A DNA stretch of 46,077 bases. It comes from Tubiluchus corallicola (taxonomy: Eukaryota; Animalia; Priapulida). A model generated the notes under the pieces. That model was not told the DNA's origin, did not search any database, and worked only from the letters and a program-made list of their open reading frames with translations. The position numbers were made by a program, and so were the translations under genes. The stretch is taken from positions 1 to 46,077 of the forward strand of contig JAQGDQ010001341.1 in assembly GCA_030141605.1 (NCBI GenBank), given 5' to 3'. This document shows positions 24,202 to 37,062 of the stretch, in pieces (position 1 is the stretch's first letter; every line of letters starts with the position of its first letter).

Positions 24202-24388
24202 ATTATTATTATTATTGTTATTATTACTATTGTTGTTGTTGTTGTTGTTATTCTTCCTGCTGCTGCTGCTGTTGTTGTTGTTGTTGTTAATCTTCCTGCT
24301 GCTGCTGCTGCTGTTGCTGTTGTTGTTGTTGTTGCTGCTGCTGCTGTTATTCTTCCTGCTGCTGTTGTTGTTGTTGTTATTATTATTA
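24202..24388. repeat. Compound trinucleotide microsatellite (ATT/GTT/GCT)
   Basis: Directly visible. Source of the poly-L and poly-T/A ORFs. Confidence 0.98.
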
Positions 24389-25954
24389 CATGAAACACGT
24401 TGATTTAAAGACCTGTCAGATGCATCTTATCCAATACAATGATTCGTGAAGCAGCTCACACACACAGAATTTCTGGTACCCAAGTCATGGGTTACAGACA
24501 CTGACTTGATGAATCTACAAGCACTTTACAAAAAACTCTGAAGCATATTTAACACTTGACGACTAGTTTTTTACATCTTAGATGCACACTATGCTGCTCA
24601 TCCACACTTTGCAGACCTTCAGTAAGTCTTTTAAAGTCTTTTAACAAATTCAGAATTGAAATTTCTATATTCTTATCTTAGAAATGGTAGGCTAACTTAT
24701 CTATCAGGTTATTAGCAAATACTGATGTACGTGTTCCTTATTGTTTAATGTATTTTGCTGACTGGTCTTTCAAATAATGTTCTTGTAATCAATTTTACAA
24801 TGTGTGTGCTTGCAAACCAAAACCATCCATATGTCCGCATAGTTAAAGCTGTGTTATGAATGTAGAATGTACCAAAAATTTAGTCAAATGTCATTTTTTG
24901 GTTTTTGTAAAAACAAGTACTAAATATAATGGACTTTTATATTCTAGCATCAAATCATCAAGATATCAAGAAAATGTTCAAAAAAATACTAGAAATCTAA
25001 TTTCATAACTCTGTACCCATTTTTCGTGCTAGAAAGTAGTATTGCACTTGTAAAAAACTTGTATTTTCAAACTCCAATAGCAGTTTTCTGTGTTCTGTGA
25101 TTACATTGCTTTTTGTGTTCCAAGTGTGCAATGTGAAACTTCGTCACATCCGACAGTGACATTAAGTGACAACCATCTTGTAAGGGTTAATGCCATCTGA
25201 TCTAGTGGAAAAAATACTACCGCACTATCTCTGCGATCGTGGTGCGGACTTCAGCTGGAAACATCTTCCTGATACTTGCGACTCAATTAATCGCCTGGGC
25301 CGCACTTTCATTAGGTTGACAAACTGCTTCGCGGGCCGCACAAGATCTCTCGACGGGCCGCAAGAAGACAGTGGTCTGCAGTTTGCACGCCCCTGAGTTA
25401 GAGGAGAAATGATGACGTTTTCTGTGCAAATAACACCATTAAATAACTGGAAACCAGGTCTATCTATACACCTCAATATGACGGTAGGTAGTGATATGGC
25501 ACAACACCAAAATTTTTCCCCGATTCCATTTCCACTAAAAAGTCTCGATTCCGAAACGATTCGCAATCCTGATTCATTTCAAAATGTTAATGGATGAATA
25601 TTTTACTGTGAAGTTTGATATTTTAGTTTAGAAAAATTGGTAACTCACATTGTGAGCCAGGCAGCATAGTGAAATGAAATATCTTTGATTTTTTTTCTCC
25701 AATTCGCTAAGATGGTAGATTTCAGAGAAATAATTACCTGGTGGAGAATTCCACAGCTAAGAAGTCCGACAGAAAGTATCTCCAAAAAAATATGTGAAAA
25801 TGCTAAACCTGCTAAACTGATCATTTGTTCGTTGTAGTAATATCTGATTCTATTACTGTTTTAAATGTTAAAAAATCGCTTTATGAATTGGATAAATTTT
25901 CTCTATTCCAATTTTTGAAAAATGCTCAATTTTTCCGATTCTCGATCACGAAGC

Positions 25955-26734
25955 TGAGCACGCCTCCCAGTACTCCTCCCGATGTCGAGCACTCCTCCCA
26001 GTACTCCATCCGATATCAAGCACTCCTCCCAATAATCCCCTCGATGTCGAGCACTCCTCCCGATGTTGAGCACTCCTCCCAATACTCCTCCCGATGCCGA
26101 GCACTCCTCCCAATAATCCCCTCGATGTCGAGCACGCTTCCCAGTACTCCTCCCGATGTCGAGCACTCCTCCAAATACTCCTCCCGATGTCGAGCACTCC
26201 TCCCGATGTTGAGCACTCCTCCCAATACTCCTCCCGATGCCGAGCACTCCTCCCGATGTTGAGCACTCCTCCCGATGCCGAGCACTCCTCCCAATACTCC
26301 TCCCGATGCTGAGCACTCCTCCCAATACTCCTCCCGATGCTGAGCACTCCTCCCGATGCCGAGCACGCCTCCCAATACTCCTCCCGATGTCGAGCACTCC
26401 TCCCAATACTCCTCCCGATGTCGAGCACTCCTCCCAGTACTCCTCCCGATGTCGAGCACTCCTCCCAATACTCCTCCCGATGCCGAGCACTCCTCCCAAT
26501 ACTCCTCCCGATGTCGAGCACTCCTCCCAATACTCCTCCCGATGTCGAGCACTCCTCCCAATACTCCTCCCGATGTCGAGCACTCCTCCCGATGTCGAGC
26601 ACTCCTCCAAATACTTCTCCCGATGCCGAGCACTCCTCCAAATACTCCTCCCGATGCCGAGCACGCCTCCCAATACTCCTCCCGATGTCGACCACTCATC
26701 CCTGTACTCCTCCCGATGTCGAGCACGCCTCCCA
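25955..26734. repeat. GC-rich minisatellite, 31-bp unit built from 19- and 12-bp modules, in MPI intron 6
   Basis: cccgatgtcgagcactcct plus cccaatactcct in variable order. Nearly stop-free in all six frames. Confidence 0.98.
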
Positions 26735-26823
26735 TCACTAATTTTAGGGTGCACTATACCTTCAAGTCAACAAGCAACAACGGGAAATTTCAAACTAACC
26801 AACACAAGAAAACTAAGACTTAC

Positions 26824-26979
26824 CTCCAAACAGGTAAGCGTGAGGTACATTCGGTCCCAGAAACATGGCTTCACCTGGCTGTAGTAAAATGTGATTCAGA
26901 AAAAAGCTGACAAAGCATCCGATGTCTCCCGGAAACTGATTGTATAAGCGCAGGTATAACTTACTCACTTCATCTGCAA
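26824..26979 (-). CDS. MPI: Mannose-6-phosphate isomerase exon 6
   Basis: [12 protein letters not shown]...[20 protein letters not shown] (Zn-ligand His), GTAAGT donor. An alternative in-frame acceptor would start the exon at 26973. Confidence 0.96.
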
Positions 26980-27209
26980 CTATACAAACATCAGAAAATA
27001 AATACACATACGTAAAATGAATGCTGGTTTTAATTTAATATCTAAACTGCAAAATTCGCTGTTAAAAATTCCAAAAGACATTTCTGTACACATTGTGAAA
27101 ACGTAGTTACCTTGTTTCTGAATTAGTGATTTGCAAAAATCAAAATTTGGTTAAATTTAGCGATTAAAAATAATAAAACGGATTTGCCGGCAAAGAATTT
27201 TAGCATTAA

Positions 27210-27810
27210 AGGAAAACCGTACCCAATATTAAACCATTCCTCAAAAATTCCTGTCCTTTTAAAATATTGAAAGGAAATATTGATTTTTAAAGAACAAGTC
27301 ACATGAAAGAAATTTTACCTCAGAAAACTATAACTTTGCCCTGGTGAAGCTAGTTCTGTTACATGCATTTTGCATTTCGCTAGTCAGACAGGCACTAGTG
27401 CCTGCATTTCAGAAATGTGTTGCAAAAAAACAAGTGCTGTACCTCTCAGTTCAGATGTGTTAGTTTGTAATGAACTACACGCGTTCCACAGCTCAAGCGT
27501 GAGCACAGCGCTAAATTTGAATTTGAATTTTTATCTTGAAACTTGCCTAGTTTTAGTACAACACACTGAATACCTTACAGTAGCACTGTACTTCAATTTT
27601 CTCTTTTGCAAGCACATGCAACACGCTCGTGGAATATTTTTGACGTTGAAAATTATGTTCAGTTGTGATGTCATCAATAGTTGGACTCGCCCGCCATTAA
27701 ATAAGTTTTTAACTACTGTTTAATTATTGGAAATGCTTTGACATTATTATAGGTCCTAAAATGTATACCTTTACTGTACTTCATAATGGGGTAAGATATG
27801 AAAAATCATT
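27210..27810 (+). mobile_element. Kolobok-type MITE, degenerate copy
   Basis: Colinear with 29241-29980 (gtgctgtacctctcagttcagatgtg; gtgatgtcatcaatagttgg). TTAA|AGG at the left end. Confidence 0.8.
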
Positions 27811-28504
27811 TCAGCTGTTTTCCATTGATATCCATAAAGTATGTAGACCCCAAAAAGTACATTTTCTGATTTTTAGTGGCCTATTTTTACACTAAAATTC
27901 TATTTGTTAAACAGCTCTCTCATATTTTTGGCATAAAGCCAAACTTAGAACTGTAAATCGATCTTGTTACCTGGCTCTTTTTGTGCTGATTTAAACTTGT
28001 GCTGCCACCTCCTTTCTGTTATAAACTGGTTTCCTTTTAAACAGGTCATGTGATCAGTCTTTTACCTGTACACTTACCTGTAGATTGGAGTCACTCAGGC
28101 GTTCACACACTGCAGTTACAGATTGTTTAGCGTCATTCATTGATTCGTTGTTATAATTTCATAATTACACTTATAGAAGATCACCATGTAAGTTGATTTC
28201 TTAATTTCTTAAATCTTGAACCTTGGTTTATTAAAAAGACTAGAGATTAGATTTTATAATTTGCGTAAAAGTTTGTTAAAGTTAATTAGATCAATTTGGT
28301 TTAGATTTCGCCGTAAAATTGAGCAAAATTATATAAAATTATCTTATTTGTTTTCAGATTAAACGATACAAGCTACACAATTATGTTGTTGGAGATTTTT
28401 TATAAGAAGGTAGCACACTTTTGACAGTGACAATAAATGGATATGCCCCAAATTGTGCAAAGGCAAAACACTCACGATCACCGACTGATAGCTTACTAAC
28501 TAAC

Positions 28505-28729
28505 CTTTCTGCTGGATTAGTCGCGTCTGGAGTTCCAACGACTTTTGTTTCAAGAATTCTCTATCACAGTTCATTAAGCACGTGAAACATTTCTTTAATG
28601 CTTCTCCAATCCCAGCGTGCACTTCAACTGCACTGGCAAACTCCATTGCAATCCCAGCGTGCACTTCAACTGCACTGGCAAACTCCTTTGCGTTTTGTTT
28701 TCCGACAACTTCAGAAAGCTCAGGTACAT
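28505..28729 (-). CDS. MPI: Mannose-6-phosphate isomerase exon 5 (contains a 42-bp tandem duplication)
   Basis: DVPELSEVVG...EALKKCFTCLM. AG/GT borders in phase 1/1, consistent with exons 4 and 6. 225 bp. Confidence 0.93.
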
Positions 28730-29240
28730 CTTTAAGAAAAGAAAGAAAGAATTCAAGCTGTTGGAAGATGCAGTATTGCTACATATACACCTACATGCAC
28801 GGCAGTAAGACATTCAAGCGGCTTATGTCACATTTTTCAAATCAAAAGTCAACAAAATTTCCAATTTTGGAATCGCAGGATGCAAGAAATAAAAAAAGGA
28901 TTTTCATTTTACATAATTGTGTGCTTGCACAGCAGAAATGTGCACAAGTCTGCTGTTATGCTTTTCTAGTTATTCACACATCCTGAATCTCCATTTCAAG
29001 AAGATCATTTTGATACCAAGTTCATCACTCTCTGTTATTTCTAAATTGAGATAATCCACATTGAAGTTGAAGTGCAGGCTGCACACTGAAAAACACAATC
29101 TTGAAAAAATCACTGTTAAAGTTAGCCATTGTTTTTGTCGCGTTTCTACAAAACACTTAACAACTGTACGAAAGTGCGGTTGCTATGCATTTTGCAAAAA
29201 CACATTGAAGTTATGCTTAATTCCGATTGGCAGCTCTTAA

Positions 29241-29980
29241 AGGAAGACTGGATGATTTTTCACATACTACTCCATTTACGAGTACGATAAAACGTATACA
29301 CTTTAACACAATTAATACTACAAAACCGTTTCGGCTTTCCTGCCGGAATGACTGCAATAACTTCCCACCGGACCCAATGTTAGACTGTAGGTCAAAACAA
29401 TCTACTCTTTATAATATTGAAAGGAAACATACTATTTTTTTCAAAAATGACTTAGGTGAAAGAATTACTTCCACACAAATACAATTATGTGTTTGCGTCA
29501 CTAGTTCTTCGCTGTTACATGCATTTTACCATTTGCTAGTCAGACGGGCACTATCGCCTACATTTCGGAAATGCATTGCACAAAAAACAGGTGCTGTACC
29601 TCTCAGTTCAGATGTGCTAGTTTGTAACGAACTGCACACGTTCGACAGCTCATGCGTGAGCACAGTGGTAAATTTGAAATTTGAATTTTTATCTTAAAAC
29701 TTGCCTAATTTTCGTACAACACACTGAATATCTTACAGTAACACTGTACCTCAATTTTCGTTTTCACAAACACGTGCAACACGCTCATGGAATATTTTTG
29801 GTGTTAAAAATTATGTTAGTTTGTGATGTCATCAATAGTTGGGCTCACCCACTGTTAATTAAGATCTTAATCTATTATTTAATTATCAGAGACTCTTTTG
29901 CAGTATTATTGGTGTTAAAATGTATACTTTTTATCGTACTTGAAAACTGGCTAATATATGACAAATCATCCTGTCTTCCT
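29241..29980 (+). mobile_element. Complete Kolobok-type MITE, 740 bp
   Basis: TIRs AGGAAGAC(T/A)GGATGATTT with TTAA on both sides. Purine-purine termini with a TTAA TSD are characteristic of Kolobok. Confidence 0.9.
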
Positions 29981-30081
29981 TTAAGGAACTGAAAAAAGAT
30001 GGATTTTAACAAACTAGAAGGAAAAAAGAAAAGCAATGTGATGTCCAGGGAGACTATTCCTTTGACAAACTAGTAACTGAC

Positions 30082-30223
30082 CATTGAGGTGCTGCGCAAT
30101 TTCCAAAGCCGGTCGAAATCCGCACAGACCTTCAAACGGAGTGAGTGCAATTGCCATCTCCGGTTTGTGATTTGAATCCGGGTAATTCTTCGGATCTCTA
30201 CGATGAAGTTCCTCTGCTAAAGA
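30082..30223 (-). CDS. MPI: Mannose-6-phosphate isomerase exon 4
   Basis: [37 protein letters not shown] (YxDxNHKPE signature). 142 bp with AG/GT borders. Confidence 0.98.
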
Positions 30224-30680
30224 CTATAAAAAGAAGTAATTTAGTGACTTAGATTATATTAGATTAGAATTATTCAATCAAAAAAAGCAATCGTACATAT
30301 ATAAAAAAATCTTACTTACAAAAAAAATATGATTAGCTAATGTTTTAGGAAGGGAGAAAGCTACAAGGTACGAATGCACTTGTGGTGACCAAGATTATTC
30401 AGTCCTTTCTGTTAAATTTACAAAAATGATTAAAATCAAACATAAGTAGTTTAAATGAAAAAGAATATAAGTTGTTAGCATTGATAATCTCCGACGGGTA
30501 ACTGTTCCACATATCGATCACCAAGTTTGCAAAAGAGTATTTAAAACATCAACAAAAATAATTTTTGCATAACTTGTAACTATGACCACTTAATCAGAGG
30601 CTAGGCGCGCAGATAAAAAAATCATCAAAGCGTAGACCTACACGTGCATGGTAAATTTTGTACACCATTTTCGTATCAAA

Positions 30681-31097
30681 AGTGTCACACGCATGTTCTG
30701 TGTCGAGAGTGTCACACGCATGTTCTGTGTCGAGAGTGTCACACGCATGTTCTGTGTCGAGAGTGTCTCATGCATGTTCTGTGTCGAGAGTGTCACATGC
30801 ACGTTCTGTGTCGAGAGTGTCACATGCATGTTCTGTGTCAAGAGTGTCACATGCATGTTCTGTGTCGAGAGTGTCTCATGCATGTTCTGTGTCGAGAGTG
30901 TCACATGCATGTTCTGTGTCAAGAGTGTCACATGCACGTTCTGTGTCAAGAGTGTCACATGCATGTTCTGTGTCGAGAGTGTCACATGCACGTTCTGTGT
31001 CGAGAGTGTCACATGCACGTTCTGTGTCAAGAGTGTCACATGCATATTCTGTGTCGTGAGTGTCACATGCACGTTCTGTGTCGAGAGTGTCACATGC
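30681..31097. repeat. Minisatellite, 27-bp unit, ~15 copies, in MPI intron 3
   Basis: (gtgtcacatgcatgttctgtgtcgaga)n. Confidence 0.98.
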
Positions 31098-31209
31098 GGC
31101 GAGAACCTCAAACGACACAGAAGAATGGGAAGTTATGTTCAACACGGCAGGTCTAAATGCTAACTTTCAAAAACCAGACTAGTTGTTTTTCTCTACAACG
31201 CCATCTTAC

Positions 31210-31404
31210 CTTGCACGGATGAGCCTGTATTGATAACGATTTCCCGACAGATAAAACTTTCAGCAGGTATGGCAACTCTGCGCCAAACCGCTCCGAAATT
31301 CTAGCACCCAGGATCCCGTTAGGATCACCACGGATGTAATCCTTGAGAGATAAATCTGTCCCAGATATTCGCGAAGGGCCTTTATCATGTGTGCCCATCC
31401 AAAG
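31210..31404 (-). CDS. MPI: Mannose-6-phosphate isomerase exon 3
   Basis: LWMGTH...LPYLLKVLSVGKSLSIQAHPCK. tttcag acceptor and GTAAGA donor. Confidence 0.98.
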
Positions 31405-31825
31405 CTGAAAAATTCGCAGAAAATGTTGCAGCGATAAGAGTTAATTTAACAGGTTTTTTTTCTGCAAAATGATATTCATTTCAATATGTTTTCGGGGACA
31501 CTAAACACATGCATTGCTTCTGGGCAAGCACAATTCTCTGTGAGCATGCAAAAAAAGTTTTGTCGAACTGTCACTGTAATTGTACAACCTCGTGAATGTT
31601 ATAAATTTCTAAATTTCTGCAAATATCTTTAGCTTAACATCAACATGAAACACATCATAACCAACTTGTCCCTCGGTCTCGCAACACCCGCTATTCAAAA
31701 TACAAGTTACACAACTTTCTCAATCTCGTTCTTACACGGAGAATAACTAGCGGTTTTTTTGTGACCGGGTTGCCTATTAAACTTACAAATGACGTATCTA
31801 CTCTCCAAAAGGCTTTTATATAGGT

Positions 31826-32100
31826 TAATAATAATAATAATAATAATCTTTATTTAAAGTCGGCTTTTGGGTCAACAATTAACATTAGCTCAAAGAGCTA
31901 TTATCGCCGACTGCAAATAACAACCTACAACTGCATAACAGAGACTGTTATTACCCCACTTTTACCCTAAATACCACGCGTCAGGCAGGGCAACAGCAGG
32001 TGCCATTTTTAAAGTCTTTGGTATGCCCGGCTGCTGGTTCGAACTCACGACCTCCCAGATGGAAAGCAGTCGCGTTACCACTAGACTAAACCGTCTGGTC
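31826..32100 (-). mobile_element. tRNA-derived SINE with Meta core (MetaSINE) and (TTA)n tail
   Basis: Minus strand: A box TAGTCTAGTGG, B box GAGTTCGAACC, then CATACCAAAGACTTTAAAAATGGCACCTGCTG (Meta-domain-like), AATAAA and (ATT)n. Confidence 0.88.
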
Positions 32101-32880
32101 ATACCCGCTATAGGTTATACCTGTTAGCCAATCAGCATTTGATTAACTGCCAATTGTACTTATTATAAATGTACTTATGATTGTAACGTTTCGTATCAAA
32201 TAAAAATATTATCTAAACTAATTTCTAAATTTCTTAACAAAGGTTATAGCGAAGCTTCAACTTCAAGGTCAAATACAGCATACTTTGTGAAATTTCAGTT
32301 TTATAACCGAAACAGAAAGAATATGCTCCAACTAAGATGTTCTGATATTTATCACTTTATTTGATGATTTATATGAGAGGATACCTGATGCGAAGGTATC
32401 TTCTCCGAAGAAAGTCACGAGTTTGCTCGCCGGATGACGCCAGCGAAATACACGCTGCCTTAACTACGGCAGCATTTGCGCTTGGCTATCCCGTGTAAAG
32501 TTTCATTGTGTAGCATTGTTTACAAATTCAGCGTTCCGGCAACGGCGCGGTACCCATGAAAACCGTTGATATGCACATTTGTTTAGCTTGCAATTTTCCG
32601 AAGTTTCACGAGCAAAACCGGTCAGATTTCGATGTTTCGCATTGTTTACTTATCCAGCGTCACAGCAATGACACGGTATCCAAGGAAACCGTCGTCAGCA
32701 CATTTGTTTAGCCTGCGATTTTATGAAGTTTCACTAGTAAAAAAGAACACAATGTTTTGGGGAAAATACATCTTCGATGCCCGATTTCAGGACTGAAGCC
32801 ATGAATTTTAATAAAATTAGTGTGAAATTTTAAGTTACAGTTAGCTAATTATTAAATCACATTATTAGCTATTTATTTAA

Positions 32881-33274
32881 CCCTTTCATACCCGTTGTAT
32901 CTCGTGGGATACGAGAATATTTTCCGCCTTTAAAATTAATAAAATTTTAAAACTGACAGTTATTTGATCTGTTAATAGTTATTTTGATTTAAGCCAATAA
33001 CAATTGACTAAAAATAGTGATAAACTGTACAGATCAGCATAGCGTGCATACTAAATGTCTTAAATACTTTAATAAATTATCAGCAGTTGCAAAATGAAGC
33101 ACATTTTATGCTTCCATTGAATCCCAATGTATCCCGTGGAATACAGGCTATATTTAGCATGCGGGCACAGGTAGAAAAAAATAATTATTATGTGTAAACA
33201 AGATGGACATACTGAACAAAAGTACCAAGCCAAAAATTTTTTCTTGTTAAAAAAATTATTTGGGACTGAAAGGG
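32881..33274. mobile_element. piggyBac-type MITE, 394 bp
   Basis: TTAA|CCCTTTCATACCC...GGGACTGAAAGGG|TTAA. Confidence 0.85.
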
Positions 33275-33382
33275 TTAAGAAAAACCACAATAATTGGTGA
33301 CTGTTGACGATAGCATATATATATATATATATATATATGATGCAAAGTATACAAGTGCAAATTGTAAAATCGTATTCTTACA

Positions 33383-34304
33383 TATTGGCGTAGCTAATAG
33401 GTGGAGTTAGGGAAGCAACCACTCCCCCTAGCACATATTTCAAAATTGGCGACTTTCAACAATTTTTAATTCTTTAGTTCACTTGCTGAAGCCTACCTTC
33501 GTTTTACAATAGATGAGGACAGATTGTCTGGGTTAGCTTTGCTCTCCATTAAAAGAGAGTTGACTACTGTAATGTAAAATTCATTTATACAGCGCACTAC
33601 ATCGTTTAAAACCTCAACACGTTGAATATTAAAATACATTTAAAATTCAAAAGAAATGCAAAATTTAAAAGACATTAGAAATTAAAAAAAATTCATCATA
33701 AAAAGTAAAATTTAAACAAATGTGTTTTAAGCTGTTGTTCACAACAATCTAAAGAGTTTGTAGAATGTGTAGTAACAGGTAAGTTATTCCAGAGACAGAG
33801 AAAAGCTTTTTCACCATAGAATACTGCATTAGGAATTGGCTGATGTAAATAAATTTGTTCGTTGGCATTAGAGCGAAGTGTGAAGACAACGAGGCTACTG
33901 ACATGGGTTGTAATAAACATGTAACAAGTAATAATGTAATAACTGTAATAATAAATTGTAATAAACTTGTAATAATAAAATTGTAATAAGAGACTGTTGT
34001 AGTTCCTTCATGATACATTTTTCACGATGCTTCATTTTGTTTTTATTTTATGTTCAAAATTAATATACATTAAGTAACATACATTTTTATAACGTTTTGA
34101 AATTTATTAGTTTACTGTAAAACTTTTTATTGCGTTTTAATTTGAAATACTAAATTACAATTAGGTACTTCCCTTAAAACTGCATCTTCTTCGCGATTTA
34201 ATTTTAAACATAAAACTAAAATGTATAATCAATGCATTAAAAATTGTTAGGAAATTTTTTAACATGCTTGCTCCCCCTAACTTTAGTACTTGGTAATGCC
34301 CCTG
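33383..34304 (+). mobile_element. hAT deletion derivative retaining a dimerisation-domain remnant
   Basis: YLRFTIDEDRLSGLALLSIKRE at ~33494-33560. GC-rich ends with CTCCCCCTA motifs, right end ...gcccctg. Confidence 0.65.
33568..33900 (-). mobile_element. L2/CR1-group LINE 3' fragment nested in the hAT remnant
   Basis: YGEKAF...LWNNLP...SL...LKTHLF C-terminal motif, followed by a 3' UTR ending gtgcgctgtataaatgaattttacattaca. Confidence 0.8.
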
Positions 34305-35168
34305 CTTGTAGATATTTGGTAGTTTGCAAGCTTTTGACTACATGTTTGCAATTCTAGCATGCACCATAGTAAATCACTAAATCAAAACTAATAAATTAAT
34401 GCAACATTACCCCCAAGTAGGGTTGTTAACTGGTACTAATTGGGCGATGCAATATCGATGCAATTTAGCAATTATATTTTCCCAGTACTATAGTAATACT
34501 GTTAGCTTGAAATGTTATATAGTCAAGCTAGGCTTACCACATCAACGCCATTTCGAAGCCCGTCTACGAAAATAGGCATTCCGAGGGAATAAAACGTCGA
34601 TGAAATACTTCTTGGTATCGATATGATAAGGATTTTTTTCCGGTTATAATGATACGGTAATGGTCTTATGCATTAATTGTAAATGATACTTAATATGAAC
34701 CGATTATTATTTAAATAAAGTTTGATTTAACATAAAAACAAATTTTCTACAATTAAAAGAGTTAACCGTAAGTTAAAATTTGACTCTAATTGTACTAAAT
34801 TTCCGGACGTTCTTCTTAATGTAATCGAGTCTCGAAGTTGCAATTTCTTCCGAATATTTTGTTCAGTTTTGCTAGTGAAAATTTTTTAAAATTACGAGCT
34901 AAACAAATGTGCCTCCCTGGATACTGCATCGTTTCTGTGATACCAAATTTGTAAACAATGCTCACAGTGAAATGTGACTCGATTTTGCTGGCACCGTTTA
35001 ACGAGTACAATGCACAAAATAAGATTCCAGGTTTTCTTCGGAAATGACACCTAGCATCAGAAAATGAAACTTCAAAAACTGTACTACATTTGACCGAACA
35101 ACATTAATGTCAAGTGCGTCAACATAATGCATAACTAATGATACCAGTACATAATTATTATAAATTAA

Positions 35169-35595
35169 AGGAAGACAGGATGATTTTTCATATACTACCC
35201 CATTTTCAAGTCAGATAAACAGTTTACATTTTAACACAATTAATAATGCAAGAGTGTTTCTGATAATTAAATAATAGATTAAAAACTTAACTAACGGCCA
35301 CTGAGCCCAACTATTGATGAAATCACTAACTAACATAATTTTCAACAGCAAAAATATTCCACGTGCGTGTTGCACGTGTTTCGAAAGTGAGGTTCAGCGC
35401 TACTGTAACATATTCAGTGTGTTGTACTAAAACTTGACAAGTTTTCAGATAAAAATTCAAATTTTAAATATACCGCTACGCTCACGCATGAACTGGTGAA
35501 CGTGTGCACCTTGTCACAAACTAACACATCTAAACTGAGAGGTACACTGCCTGTTTTTGTACAATGCATTTTCGAAATGTATACAAAAATCATTT
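35169..35595 (-). mobile_element. Kolobok-type MITE, partial inverted copy
   Basis: TTAA|AGGAAGACAGGATGATTTTTCA. Reverse-complement homology to 29241-29980. Confidence 0.85.
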
Positions 35596-35677
35596 CTCCT
35601 GCATTGTTCACATTCACAAGGAACTGCTTTTATCTCAACAATGTACTTCAGAAAGTATTAGATCATATTCAACGTAC

Positions 35678-35805
35678 CTCAGCATACTTCAAACTCTCGT
35701 CTACGATAAATCCGGGGTCTCCACATTTCTTCAAATCCGCCACTTCACTTTCCGATCCCAGTTTTCCCCAGGCATAATTCATACAAGCACAATCCAGTAA
35801 AAATA
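35678..35805 (-). CDS. MPI: Mannose-6-phosphate isomerase exon 2
   Basis: (V)FLLDCACMNYAWGKLGSESEVA...YAE. ttttttcag acceptor and GTACGT donor, 128 bp. Confidence 0.97.
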
Positions 35806-37046
35806 CTGAAAAAAATAGGTGCAATCCTTTAAAAACTTATTGCTCACGATGCTTCATAGATGGCACTGCATGCCTGTGCTCTTTTTACCTGGTGACCTAC
35901 ATAGGTATAATGTGAGCCTGACCTCTTAACATGGTATTTTGTTGTAGATTTCTTTGTAGATTATTTTTGTCACATTATTTGTGTGGAAATCAAAGATGTA
36001 CGTATAAATTACTTCATAATTATGCTTAATGAGTTGGTTAGTTTAAGAGTCTATAGAGAATTCTGATAGTTCTGTTACATACTATGCAAATCCGATCTGT
36101 ATGAGAGTGTCAGTCTGTATAACAATGTCATTCTTCATTTGCAATCATTGTAAAATTTTGTAATTTAATTTCACAAATTCACCGAAGTCAAATATGAAGT
36201 CAGTATTGGACATTGAATTTCGTTTTGCACACTCATGTTATTGCTGTAAAAAAAGATCAAATACGTCATACTTCATGAAGTTTCAGTTTTACGCAAAAAC
36301 AGGAAGAAAATATTCTAAGATTTTCTGATACTTTTAACTTTTTCTTGGGGATTTATATAAAAGGAAATCTGGTGTGAAGATGTCATTTTCAAACTCAAGT
36401 TTGTACATTTCACTTGTTAGATGGCGCCATTGAAATACAAGCTTTTGCTAAAGGCACCACTTGTGTTTGGTTGTCACATTTCTCTGTTCAGCATTGTTTG
36501 CAAATCCAGCATCACAGAAACGATGCGGTTTCCAAGGAAGCCACTGCTAACATGTTTGTTTATGTTGGAATCATTTTACCACAGAACATATGTAATCAAA
36601 GTCATTTTAATCATCGAGATATGTTACGTTTTACGAAACTCGATGAACAGCTGCTAGTTCTTACTGCATACTAAGGAGTGCTGCATATTGCTGAAGAAGC
36701 CAAATAAGGTCTAGCTAAATTTATAAACAACAAACGGGAAAAAACTAAAAGTCGTACTTAACAATTATGATTGTGAAGGAAAGTTAACCGTGTGAACATT
36801 TATCTATATTTCGCTTCAGTCACCTGCATGTGAATCTATGGCAAGTTTCAAAAAATAAGGAATTGATTACAAATTAAACGCATATTTGGCTTCCTGACAA
36901 GTCAGCGAATCTAATTCCCTGACACGTCCGGGAAATTCGGACGGGTTGTCACCTAGTAAGAACATAAACAGTGAAAATTCACAGATAAAAGTTATCGAAA
37001 AGAAAAACTATCTAAAACTTAGAGAATTTAAATTCCAAATACCAAC

Positions 37047-37062
37047 CACGTGTAGCTGCCAT
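37047..37062 (-). CDS. MPI: Mannose-6-phosphate isomerase exon 1, coding part (MAATR+G)
   Basis: caaaATGGCAGCTACACGTG|gttggt. The 16 nt end in phase 1 and join exon 2 to give MAATRVF (human MAAPRVF). Confidence 0.85.

Noticed and set aside
24180-24403. Poly-Leu and poly-Thr/Ala ORFs
   Set aside because: Trinucleotide microsatellite.
25825-26910. Many long overlapping ORFs
   Set aside because: By-product of a stop-poor minisatellite inside an MPI intron. Open in all frames.
27370-29992. Similar ORFs at 27370, 29227 and 29681 suggesting a gene family
   Set aside because: Chance frames within copies of the same non-coding Kolobok-type MITE.
30638-31163. Cys/His-rich ORF (ECHMHVLCR)n resembling a metal-binding protein
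   Set aside because: A 27-bp intronic minisatellite, open in most frames, with no splice or codon evidence.
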